Positions 1-11,781 of a DNA stretch of 64,000 nucleotides are shown here, in pieces. The first letter of the stretch is position 1. The number at the start of each line of letters is the position of its first letter. The stretch spans positions 9,610,001-9,674,000 of the forward strand of contig CM068757.1 of the NCBI GenBank assembly GCA_035084275.1, in the 5' to 3' direction. Both the position numbers and the translations under genes were made by a program. The notes below the pieces were generated by a model that had not been told where the DNA came from, ran no database searches, and was given only the letters and a program-made list of their open reading frames with translations. The DNA is from Hydrolagus colliei (taxonomy: Eukaryota).

Positions 1-87
1 ATTGTGTGTGAAGCAATGTGTGAGGCAGTGTCGTGTGTCCTGTAGCTGGAATATAATCTTGACATGCTGCTTGTGATTGTTTTGTAG

Positions 88-504
88 ACCCTCCCACAAT
101 TACTGAAGTCAATATACCCTCTGATATTAAACACGGAGCCCAAACCACTCTGAGCTGGTCAGTGACTGGGTTCAATCCACGGCCCATTGTAATTGGTGTA
201 TTCCTGAAAGAATGGGAGCAGAACGCACAGCTGCTGTTTTGTTGGCAAACAACAGAGAAAACACAAGCAGAAAGAAAGAAGTCAGTGAAGATTCCAGGAA
301 GCTCTGACAGAAACAATGTCGCCATCACTTCGAAGGAGGCAACGATTGAACGGGAGGCAACTGGGAATTTCAGGGTGAAGTGCAGTGTTACCATGGTTGC
401 TGATATATTCAGGGACAATGGTGCCGAGTTCATTATTCAAGTTGAACATCAGGCTATTCTTGGGAAACCTCTCACCAAATCTGTACCACTACACGTTAAA
501 GGGG
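88..504 (+). CDS. Intracellular-type C1-like exon, upstream paralog (cassette copy A)
   Basis: tttgtag|ac acceptor and ggg g|gtaagt donor, 417 nt, open frame DPPTITEVNIPSDIKHGAQTTLSWSVTGFNP...FRVKC...DNGAEFIIQVEH...LHVKG. Confidence 0.85.
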
Positions 505-1161
505 GTAAGTGCTGCCTCTGTCTGGTCTCCTCTCTCTCCCTCACACATCACTGTAGAAATACTGAGGTGAAGAGTGGCTTTATTCACGGCTCCACACTCA
601 CATGGTCAAAGGGGATTTATTATATTTTACGCAGTAAATTATTGGTGATTTCTGACAAATATGTAATATTATAATATAATATTGAAACCATTGTATAGTC
701 ATAAATATGGGTATGAGCTCAGTGCATGTAGCATCTCTTGTCAGAAGGTTGTGGGATCGCATCACATCAGGACCTGAACTTACAGTCTGGCATGACACTG
801 TGCAGTGTGTGCTGGGGGAGGCCTGTAATCCTGGAGGTGCCGTCTTTTGGTTGAGGTGTTGAACCGCTGTCCCGTCTGCCTGTTCCGCTAAACGTTAAAA
901 TTCCTACAGCACGATCAAAAAGAGAAGGGAGTTTCTCCCTTTGTCTTGGCCTCTCCGGCTGTGTGTATGTCTCTCTTTATGTCTCTCTCTTGCTATCTCT
1001 CTCGTTCGGTCTCTCATTCCCAAATCCTATCGACCTTTCTCTTGTATTTATTTCGGATATAATGTAGAACGTTAAGTTATTTATTTGTCAGTGTGCAATT
1101 TGTCTGGGGGCAGCGTTTGCAGGTTACTGGAGGCTCAGACAGGCTGTGTGCAAATGATGTA

Positions 1162-1768
1162 CCGTATATCTCCGCGTATAAGGCGCACCCGCGTATAAGG
1201 CGCACCCCCCGTTTTTGACCTTTTCTTGGTGAAAAAAAACGGAAGCATTTTCAATGATATTGCCGGCAGAAGGGAGGAGAGACAGGTAGGTAGGGAGAGA
1301 CGCAGGCAGGCAGGGAGGGAGGGAGGGAGGGAGAACGGCAGGCCAGCAGCCCGGGAGAGAGAGAGTGAGAGAGGCAGGCCGGCAGCCCGGGAGAGAGAGA
1401 GGGAGAACGGCAGGTCGGCAGCCCGGGAGAGAGAGACGGAGAGCGGCAGGCAGGCACGCAGGCAGGGAGGGAGGGAGAGAGTGGCAGGGATGGAGAGAGG
1501 CAGACTGGGTTCGGCAGAAGGTAAGCACAGCACTGAAGTCCGCTGCTGCTGCCGCTGCCCGGGCGGCCGAGGCCGAAGCCCCGTCACCCGCTCCTCCCAA
1601 CCCCCGCCGGACACTGACCAAACCCCGGCTGACAGCGCGCCAGCCGCCCCTCCTGTTTACTGTATCTCCGAGGCTCAAAATTGCTTGTACCTGTGTATAG
1701 GGCGCACCCCCAACTTTCGAGATCTTCCGACCTGAAAAAAATTGCGCCTTATACGCGGAGATATACGA
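1162..1768. mobile_element. Tc2/pogo-type non-autonomous TcMar element (MITE)
   Basis: About 26-bp TIRs CCGTATATCTCCGCGTATAAGGCGCA with a TA duplication; the paralogous site near 4960 is empty. Confidence 0.8.
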
Positions 1769-2244
1769 TAGTTTAACATCACTCTACACCTCCAGCCTGG
1801 TGCCCTCTGCCATGATGTGCAGGCTTTTCACTTGTTTCTGTGGATTTTGTTTCTACTTTGTGTCTGACACAGACATAGACTAGAAATGTGGCTGTCTACA
1901 GCACACAGGTGTATCCCACAAATATTCTCGGATTGAGTGACCAGATTATTATATTTGTTGAGCTGTTATGTCCTGCAGAGAGTGATTGGCCAATCCACGA
2001 ACCATCTAACATCTGCTTACTGCTGGGTAAACAGAAGCATGTGGAATAATCAATTTTTTGCCCTGTAGAGGAATCTAACCTGAGGTTGGATTGAGAGGCG
2101 AGTGCTCTAACCAATATGCTACAGGACTCCAATGATAATCCTTGCATTGTGGTACAGCTCCTTATGATGTCTTCATTAGATTCACTGTGAAATGGAGTAA
2201 CTGTGTATTTGTAGGCAAATATGGCAGTACAAATGGTAATGTCA

Positions 2245-2360
2245 CACAAGCAGCCCTGCTGATAATGTCTCACAAGCAGCCATGGTGATAATGTCTCACA
2301 AGCAGCCGTGCTGATAATGTCTCACAAGCAGCCATGGTGATAATGTCTCACAAGCAGTGG
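2245..2360 (+). repeat. 26-bp minisatellite (cacaagcagccatgctgataatgtct), about 4.4 copies; fewer copies near 5420-5495 and 34055-34130
   Basis: Direct tandem units visible. Confidence 0.85.
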
Positions 2361-2445
2361 TCAATTGTGTTCGTGGTGAGGGGGATGGGAGCGGGGGTGG
2401 ATTGATGGCCAGGACACGGGGAGATCTCCCTTCTCTTTTCGAATA

Positions 2446-3415
2446 CAGGTAGTCCCCGCTTAACGAAGGGGTTGGGGACTTCGAAACTCCTCGTTAAGCG
2501 AAAAGTTTGTTACGCGGGAGGGAGGTCCCTACTGTATTTCCGTACATGAAGAAATTCAGTTTTGTTCCCAGTAATGCCTTGCGCGTAGCCTAGCGCTACT
2601 AATTGTGGTGTACCAACGATGCCATAAGGTAGGTAGAACTGCTATTGAAGGCTGCTATTGAAGAGAGAGACTGTGAGTGAGATTGTNNNNNNNNNNNNNN
2701 NNNNNNNNNNNNNNNNNNNNNNNNNNNNNNNNNNNNNNNNNNNNNNNNNNNNNNNNNNNNNNNNNNNNNNNNNNNNNNNNNNNNNNNNNNNNNNNNNNNN
2801 NNNNNNNNNNNNNNNNNNNNNNNNNNNNNNGACAGAGAGAGAAATAGAGAGAGAGAGCGCGACCGAGACAGAAAGAAAGAGATACAGAGAGAGAGACTGG
2901 GACAGAGAGAGAAATAGAGAGAGAGAGCGACCGAGACAGACAGAGAGAGAGAAAGAGACACAGAGAGAGAAAGAGACACAGAGGCAGATTGAGACACAGA
3001 GAGAGAGAGACTGAGAAAGAGAGAGGGAGAAACAGACAGACAGAGAGAGAGAATGTACCTTGTATCGCTTTTGGAAACGATCAAGCCGCCCGCTGCTAGC
3101 AGCAAAAGTCTCCGCTGGCTTTTTCAGAGTAGCGTCATATAGTTGCCTAGCATCCTGCTGCTTAACCTCCTCCCATACTACACTGCTTTCTCTTGGATTA
3201 GGTGGCATGCTGAACTAAGTGTGTGTATGTATGTAGCTTCCTCGACTGAGACTGCGCTTGTGTTGCGGAGGCTGCCGGGAGACGAGAAGCGCGCAAAATT
3301 TAAACTTTCTTTATAGTGAGCGCAGCCTTCGCTAAGCGCATGGGGGGGTACAAATAGAAACTATCTTTATAGTGAAGCTTCATTAACAGGGCGTGTGTTA
3401 AGCGGGGGCTGCCTG
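2446..3415 (-). mobile_element. Tigger/pogo-like element containing a compound (GA)n array
   Basis: TIRs CAGGTAGTCCCCGCTTAAC / CAGGCAGCCCCCGCTTAAC (17 of 19), TA flanks, remnant ETFAASSGRLDRFQKRY resembling the Tigger CENP-B HTH motif FxASxGWLxRFKKR. Confidence 0.75.
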
Positions 3416-3838
3416 TAGTGACACAGGATTCCTTAACATCCACCTGTGGAGGCAGATAGGACTTTGGTTTAAAATCTCATCTGTGGGTCGTGTCTGTCAT
3501 GGGAAGGAACAGCCTCAATACTGTCAGCACATCGTGCATGTATTGTAAAGACTAGTGTAAAGAGTAACAGTGTGAATATTTTACAGGATGTGTAGTTGTG
3601 CCTGGGGGCAGCTCTGTTGCAGGTTGATGGGGACGTGATGGGCTCTGTGGTCAGGGTCCAGCTTAACACCAGCCTGCAACATCGTCTGCTGTCCTCAGCA
3701 ATAGTGTGCAGCTCTGGATGTCTGAAGCTTTGCTGCAGATTTAGATTGTAAATTGTGTGTGAAGCAATGTGTGAGGCAGTGTCGTGTGTCCTGTAGCTGG
3801 AATATAATCTTGACATGCTGCTTGTGATTGTTTTATAG

Positions 3839-4255
3839 ACTCTCCCACAATTACTGAAGTCAATATAACCTCTGATATTAAACACGGAGCCCAAACCACT
3901 CTGAGCTGGTCAGTGACTGGGTTCAATCCACGGTCCATTGGAATTGCTGTATTGCTGAAGAGAGAACGGGAGCAGAACACACAGCAGCTGTTTTGTTGGC
4001 AGACAACAGAGAAAACACAAGCAGAAAGAAAGAAGTCAGTGAAGATTCCTGTTACATCTCACGTTAACGATGTCTCCATCACTTTGAAGGAGGCAACGAT
4101 TGAACGGGAGGCAACTGGGAATTTCAGTGTGAAGTGCAGTGTTACCATGGTTGCTGATATATTAAAGTACAATGGCGCCAAGTTCATTATTCAAGTTGAA
4201 CATCAGACTCTTGGGAAACCTCTCATCAAATCTGTACCACCACATGTTAAAGGGG
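3839..4255 (+). CDS. Intracellular-type C1-like exon, upstream paralog (cassette copy B)
   Basis: tttatag|ac ... g|gtaagt, 417 nt, open frame, near-identical to the 88-504 exon. Confidence 0.85.
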
Positions 4256-5580
4256 GTAAGTGCTGCCTCTGTCTGGTCTCCTCTCTCCCCCTCACACATC
4301 ACTGTAGAAATATTGAGGTGAAGAGTGGCTTTATTCACGGCTCCACACTCACATGGTCAAAGGGGATTTATTATATTTTACGCAGCAAATAATTGGTGAT
4401 TTCTGACAAATATGTAATATTATAATATAATATTGAAACCATTGTATAGGCATAAATATTGGTATGAGCTCAGAGCATGTAGCATCTCTTGTCAGAAGGT
4501 TGTGGGATCGCATCACATCAGGACCTGAACTTACAGTCTGGCATGACACTGTGCAGTGTGTGCTGGGGGAGGCCTGTAATCCTGGAGGTGCCGTCTTTTG
4601 GTTGAGGTGTTGAACCGTTGTCCCGTCTGCCTGTTCAGCTAAACGTTAAAATTCCCACAGAATGATCAAAAAGAGATGGGAGTTTCTCCCATTTTCTTGG
4701 CCTCTATATACATATCTCTCCGGCTGTGTGTGCGAATCTCTCTCTTTATGTCTCTCTATCGCTATATCTCTCATTGTCTCGCTCATTCCCACTTTCTCTC
4801 TTCTTTCCTCTTGTATTTATTTGGGGAAAAATTTAGAACTTTATTATTCATTTGAATAATTAAATTATTAAATTATTAATTTGTTGAAAGGCCAGTGTTC
4901 ACCCTGTCTGAGGGCAGTTATTGTATGTTACTGGAGGCTCAGACAGGCTGTGTGCTAATGATATAGTTTAACATCACTCCAGCCTGGTGCCCTCTGCCAT
5001 GACATGCAGGCTTTTCACTTGTTTCTGTGGATTTTGTTTCTAGTTTGTTTCTGACACAGACATAGACTAGAAATGTGGCTGTCTATAGCACACAGGTGTA
5101 TCCCACAAATATTCCCGGATTGAGTGACCAGATTATTATATTTGTTTAGCTGTTATGTCCTGCAGAGAGTGATTGGCCAATCCACGAACCATCTAACATC
5201 TGCTTACTGCTGGGTAAACAGAAGCATGTGGAATAATGAAATTTTTGCCCTGCAGAAGAATCTACCCTGAGGTTAGATTGAGAGGCGAGTGCTCTAACCA
5301 ATATGCTACAGGACTCCAATGATAATCCTTGCATTGTGGTACAGCTCCTTATGATGTCTTCATTAGATTCACTGTGAAATGGAGTAACTGTGTATTTGTA
5401 GGCAAATATGGCAGTACAATTGATAATGTCTCACAAGCAGCCATGCTGATAATGTCTCACAAGCAGTCATGCTGATAATGTCTCACAAGCAGTGGTCAAT
5501 TGTAATTGTGGTGGGGGGGATGGGAGGGGGGGTGGATTGAGGGCCAGGACACGGGGAGATCTCCCTTCTCTTTTCGAATA

Positions 5581-5993
5581 CAGGTAGTGCCCACTTAACG
5601 AAGGGGTTGGGGACTTTGAAACTCCTCGTTAAGCTAAAATTTCATTAGGCGGGAGGGAGTTCGCTACTGTGTTTCTGTACATGAAGAAAATCAGTTTCGT
5701 TCCCAGTAATGTCTTGCGCGTAGCCTAGCGCCCAGCGCTACTAATTGCGGTGTACCAACGACGCCATAAGGTAGGTAGAACTGCTATTGAAGGCTGCTAT
5801 TGAAGAGAGAGACTGTGAGTGAGATTGTGACAGTGAGAGACTCAGAGAGAGAGAAAGAGAGAGAGAGAAAGAGACACAGAGAGAGAGACTGGGACGGAGA
5901 GAGAAATAGAGAGGGAGAGAGAGAGAGAGAGCGACCGAGACAGACAGAGGGAGAGAAAGAGATACAGAGAGAGAGACTGGGTCAGAGAGAGAA

Positions 5994-6027
<34 letters not shown>

Positions 6028-6734
6028 AAACAAACAGAGAGAAGGAGATACAAAGAGAGAGACTGGGACAGAGAGAGAAATAGAGAGAGACAGACAGCGC
6101 AACCGAGACAGACAGCGAGAAAGAGATACAGAGAGAGAGAGAGAGAGAGAGAGAGCGTGATCGAGACAGACGGAGAGACAGTAAGAGACCAGGGAGAGAG
6201 ACTGGGACAGAGAGAGAAATAGAGAGAGAGAGAGCGCATGACCGAGACAAACAGAGAGAGAGAAAGCGACACAGAGAGAGAAAGAGACTCAGAGGGAGAC
6301 TGAGACAGAGAGAGAGAGACTGAGAAAGAGAGAGACAGAGAGAGGGAGAAACAGACAGACAGAGAGAGAGAATGTACCTTGTGTCGCTTTTGGAAACGAT
6401 CAAGTCGCCCGCTGCTAGCAGTAAAAGTCTCCGCTGGCGTTTTCACAGTAGCGTCATATAGTTGCCTAGCATCCTGCCGCTTTACCTCCTCTCATACTGC
6501 ACTGCTTTCTCTTGGATTAGGTGGCATGCTGAACTAAGTGTGTGTATGTATGTAGCTTCCTCGACTGAGACTGCGCTTGTGTTGCGGAGGCTGCCGGGAG
6601 ACGAGAAGCGCGTGCAATTTAAACTTTCTTTATAGCGAGCACAGCCTTCGCTAAGCGCATGGGGGGGTACAAATAGAAACCATCTTTATAGTGAAGTTTC
6701 ATTAACAGGGCGTGTGTTAAGCGGGGGCTGCCTG
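5581..6734 (-). mobile_element. Tigger-like element, cassette copy
   Basis: Same TIRs and insertion site as 2446. Confidence 0.75.
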
Positions 6735-7157
6735 TAGTGACACAGGATTCCTTAACATCCACCTGTGGAGGCAGATAGGACTTTGGTTTAAAATCTCATC
6801 TGTGGGACGTGTCTGTCGTGGGAAGGAACAGCCTCAATACTGTCAGCACATCGTGCATGTATTGTAAAGACTAGTGTAAAGAGTAACAGTGTGAATATTT
6901 TACAGGATGTGTAGTTGTGCCTGGGGGCAGCTCTGTTGCAGGTTGATGGGGACGTGATGGGCTCTGTGGTCAGGGTCCAGCTTAACACCAGCCTGCAACA
7001 TCATCTGCTGTCCTCAGCAATAGTGTGCAGCTCTGGATGTCTGAAGCTTTGCTGCAGATTTAGATTGTAAATTGTGTGTGAAGCAATGTGTGAGGCAGTG
7101 TCGTGTGTCCTGTAGCTGGAATATAATCTTGACATGCTGCTTGTGATTGTTTTATAG

Positions 7158-7577
7158 ACTCTCCCACAATTACTGAAGTCAATATACCCTCTGATATTGA
7201 ACACGGAGCCGAAACCACTCTGAGCTGGTCAGTGACTGGGTTCAATCCACGGCCCATTGGAATTACTGTATTGCTGAAGAGAGAACGGGAACAGAACACA
7301 CAGCAGCTGTTTTGTTGGCAGACAACAGAGAAAACACAAGCAGAAAGAAAGAAGTCAGTGAAGATTCCTGTTACCTCTCACGTTAACGATGTCTCTATCA
7401 CTTCGAAGGAGGCAACGATTGAACGGGAGACAACTGGGAATTTCAGTGTGAAGTGCAGCGTTACCATGGTTGCTGATATATTCCGGGACAATGGTGCCGA
7501 GTTCATTATTCATGTTGAACATCAGACTATTCTTGGGAAACCTCTCATCAAATCTGTACCACTGCATGTTAAAGGGG
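7158..7577 (+). CDS. Intracellular-type C1-like exon, upstream paralog (cassette copy C)
   Basis: tttatag|ac ... g|gtaagt, 420 nt, open frame; counterpart of 35799-36218 at offset 28641. Confidence 0.85.
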
Positions 7578-10524
7578 GTAAGTGCTGCCTCTGTCTGGTC
7601 TCCTATCTCTCCCTCACACATCACTGTAGAAATATTGAGGTGAAGAGTGGCTTTATTCACGACTCCACACTCACATGGTCAAAGGGGATTTATTATATTT
7701 TACGCAGTAAATAATTGGTGATTTCTGACAAATATGTAATATTATAATATAATATTGAAACCATTGTATAGTCATAAATATGGGTATGAGCTCAGAGCAT
7801 GTAGCATCTCTTGTCAGAATGTTGTGGGATCGCATCACATCAGGACCTGAACTTACAGTCTGGCATGACACTGTGCAGTGTGTGCTGGGGGAGGCCTGTA
7901 ATCCTGGAGGTGCCGTCTTTTGGTTGAGGTGTTGAACCGCTGTCCCGTCTGCCTGTTCAGCTAAACGTTAAAATTCCTACAGCACGATCAAAAAGAGAAG
8001 GGATTTTCTCCCATTGTCTTGGCCTCTATATATATCTCTCTGGCTGTGTGCGCGAATCTCTCTCTTTATGTCTCTCTATCGCTATATCTCTCATTATCTC
8101 GCTCACTCCCTCTTTCCCTCTTCTTTTCTCTTGTATTTATTTTGGGAAAAATTTAGAACTTTATTATTCATTTGAATAATTAAATTATTAAATTATTCAT
8201 TTGTTGAAAGGCCAGTGTTCACCCTGTCTGAGGGCAACTATTGTATGTTACTGGAGGCTCAGACAGGCTGTGTGCTAATGATATAGTTTAACATCACTCT
8301 ACAGCTCCAGCCTGGTGCCCTCTGCCATGACATGCAGGCTTTTCACTTGTTTCTGTGGATTTTGTTTCTCGTTTGTGTCTGACACAGACATAGGCTGGAA
8401 ATGTGGCTGTCTATAGCACACAGGTGTATCCCACAAATATTCCCGGATTGAGTGACCAGATTATTTGTTGAGCTATTATGTCCTGCAGAGAGTGATTGGC
8501 CAATCCACGAACCATCTAACATCTGCTTACTGCTGGGTAAACAGAAGCATGTGGAATAAGGAAATTTTTGCCCTGTAGAAGAATCTACCCTGAGGTTAGA
8601 TTGAGAGGCGAGTGCTCTAGCATGTGGATTAGGTGTTGAGCCTTTCAGACCAGAAGCCCCAAGTTTCAAGCGCTGGTCTGGTAGCTGATCTGAGCTGTAT
8701 GGGACAGAAGCTGTGCTGCTCCATTTGGTTTCTGGGACCCTATGTGTGAAGAGTCTGACGTCGTTCACAATCTGGACTGAAATGTGAGAAACCCAGTGAT
8801 TAAGGGAGAAAATTATTAAAGCTCATCTTACGATCAGCAACGTAGATATCTCTCACCTTTCAGATATTGGGCAGATCAGATATGATAATAATAACTTGCA
8901 TTTGCGTATAATGCCTTATATCTGAAGGATGGCTTAAAGTTCTTAATTTAGTGTGAAATGGATTGATTGATTGTGTATTTGAAGCCATACTCGGCAGCAC
9001 AATTGCATACAGCAAAGTCCCACAAACATTCATGGAATGAGTGAGCAATTTTATTCGGTGTAATAATTATAGACCAAGACATCAGGAGGATTCCCTTCTC
9101 TCTTCGAATATTCCTGTGAGATCTTTAACATCCACTTGAACACGCAGACGGGACCTCGGTTTAACATCTCATCCAAAGGATGTTTCGCTGCAGCTGGGAG
9201 GGAACAGCTTTAATCCTATCAACACATTTTACAGAGAATATAAAGATTTTGAGCAAATTATACAGGACAGAATTACTATAGCGTGCTGTGCTTATGTATC
9301 AGCCTGGCCCAGTTGGTAGCACTCTTGTCTCTCTGTGTCAGAAGGTAATGGTTGACCCTCTCAGTGCAGTGCTGCTGCAATGTTTACAACATGTTTCCAT
9401 TTGATAATTCCTGCTTAAAAAATACCCAGGGTGTGTCTGTGAGACCATAGTGTCCTGTTACTATATATGTCACTCCGGGGACATATAGGATGTTTCAAAA
9501 GTCTTTACTGGGGTGATTCTGAGCCCGTGCTTTGAGGGATGTGACAGCTGAGAACGAAAGGGGGGCAGATGAGATTGAAAATAAAGGTCTAAAAGGCAAA
9601 TCCACATGATCGTAATCTCTCATTTATCGTGTTTTCTCTCATTTATTAACAAATTCACAGAATGGCAGGGACAGGATTCACATTGAAGCCACCCCAGAAC
9701 ATCAGAGATCAGTCCTCTGGTCTATCGTTTAATCTTTTTTGCTAATTCGATAAATAACATAGATAAAAAGTTTGAGAGAAAAAACTTTAAAATTCTTAAT
9801 TGTCTTTTACACAGCTGTGAAACTGAAGATATAGGATGTTTTATATAAAGTTAAAAATTGAATGATACAGAGCAACAAACAGAAGCTTCAGTGTATATTT
9901 GTGCATGTGTTAAAGTCGGAAGAGAGAGTGTGTATGTGAGTGAGGGAGAGTGTGTTTATAGACAAGCGAGAGATCGTGAAGGAGCCTGGGAATGAAACAA
10001 AGAGTAAGAGAGTGAATGGAAGAGAGAGCTCAGGCGGGAAGAGATAGAAGGAGTGACATAGAGAGGTACTGTTTCACGCAGATAATAACTGTATCGATAA
10101 AACACACGTATTGCTAGTCAGAGTTGGGAAGTCACAGAGAGAATGGAAATGAGAGTTAAAGAGTGAATGAAAGAGAGAATGGGGAGGGAGGGCTAGAGAG
10201 AGTAATCAAAGTGCATCTCTTGAGTGGTATTGTCGATATCTCTCCTTTCGGATATGGGGCAGATCAGATCTCTGTAGCTGGGAAGCTCTCCCCACCACTA
10301 ACTCAGACTCACCCATAATATCTGCCATCCGGCTACCTCCCTCTTCCCCTTCTCTCTTATTCAGGGTTGTACCCCATCCCTGAAAGCACTTTGGAGGTAT
10401 TTACCTGTGTGAAGGACACATTAATCATGTTAATTTATTGTTGTTCAATTTTGAGTATATTAATATTGTTTTCTCAATATTAATCCTTTCTGAATAACTT
10501 TCTCGCAAATTGTTTCCATTTCAG

Positions 10525-10588
10525 AGCCAACAACAGCAGCTGGTTCAGAAGGGCAGTGACTGAACACTACCAGTAGATCAACAACAGG
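10525..10588 (+). CDS. Candidate stop-containing mini-exon (EPTTAAGSEGQ*), upstream paralog
   Basis: Pyrimidine tract ttgtttccatttcag|ag, TGA at 10557-10559 in phase 1, donor gg|gtaact. Confidence 0.35.
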
Positions 10589-11680
10589 GTAACTAGCTAT
10601 GTCACTTGCTGTCTTCCAGTTCTCTCCAGTCACTTTGTTAATTAAAATAAACTTTATTGATAAAATTAAGAGCTATGATGATGTGTTTGGGGATTAGAAT
10701 GTGTTGTTTGGGTGATTAATATTTAGGAAATTCCTTTGCTTTAGATGGTGCAAATAATCGGTCTCCCAGGTACCAGACACGTGGTATCCCAAGAAAGCAT
10801 GATGGCCAGTCTAACTTCTCGTCACACAAATACTGAGTGTTCGCTACAGCCACTGTCATCATCTCAGCTTTCGATTCTGACAACCACAATGTGAATATTG
10901 ATCAGCTTTGTCAATCGCTGAACAGCGATTAGTAATGTGTCAATTTTTCAGAAATATAAAGAATCTCTGAAATGGTAATTTGTTAAGACCTAAGGCTTAA
11001 AGTGGCGATGCTCTGCTTGTATCTCTTGATTACGACGCTCGCATATTAATTTTGTTTTTGACTAAGGTGCTTCGGTTGGATGTTTCCCAGATTCCCGCTC
11101 TGAGTCAGTCAAATGATTCCCAAACCATAATACCTGTGAAGTGGGCACAGTGCTGTCCAGGGACATGCTGCCGGGTTGTCGGCGGATCTGGCTTTGTGAC
11201 TGTGGCTTCCTTTCAATCCTGAGCATAAATTGGAAAAACTTCCACATATATGCTTGGGACGTCCTCCTGATGAGAAAGGCACTCTATAAATGTAATTGTG
11301 TTGTTGTTGTTTTGTTGTGACTGCACTGCACTCTCCTGGTTTGTGTCCTACATAACTAACAGCCATCACTTGTCTCTGCAAATTATTTTTCCTATTGTCA
11401 CCTGTGACGTACACCAAGGTTTCATCTTTGGTCCCCTACTTTTCTTTGTATATATGCTCTGCAGAGATTGGATCAACTTCCACATGTATGTTACTTCTCC
11501 TCCAGCTGCAACTCCAGGTCCACCAGTGTATGCAGGTTGCTGCTGTTTAATCCATAAAGCCATGGGTTTTGACAGCATGTGTGGTTTAGTGGCTTGACCT
11601 GGATTCATTTCTTGAAACAGTGGGCCCTTTTGTGTCATGTTATTTAGATGAGATATTAAACCCTCTTTGTACTTGTGCAG

Positions 11681-11781
11681 ATGGCAAGAAGTTGGCTACA
11701 ATGCTGTATTTTACTGTCATCTTGACTGGTGTTTTATTATTATGTATTATTATTGTATTATTATGTAGTACTATTACGTAA
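11681..11781 (+). CDS. Candidate terminal TM exon (DGKKLATMLYFTVILTGVLLLCIIIVLLCSTIT*), upstream paralog
   Basis: Acceptor ccctctttgtacttgtgcag|at; the phase-1 reading gives KK, about 25 hydrophobic residues and TAA; AATAAA at 12214. Confidence 0.5.

Noticed and set aside
1124-1735. Long ORFs rich in RER/SLS/PAC on both strands (also 2599-3208, 5741-6446, 31050-31466, 34374-35087, 48853-49207)
   Set aside because: Translations of GA/CT microsatellites inside MITE and Tigger elements; some run through N-gaps
2245-2360. CRISPR-like array
   Set aside because: Head-to-tail minisatellite without spacers, in a vertebrate intron
9661-9830. Extra small exons after acceptor-like tracts at 9660 and 9814
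   Set aside because: Immediate stops in phase 1 and weak or absent donors
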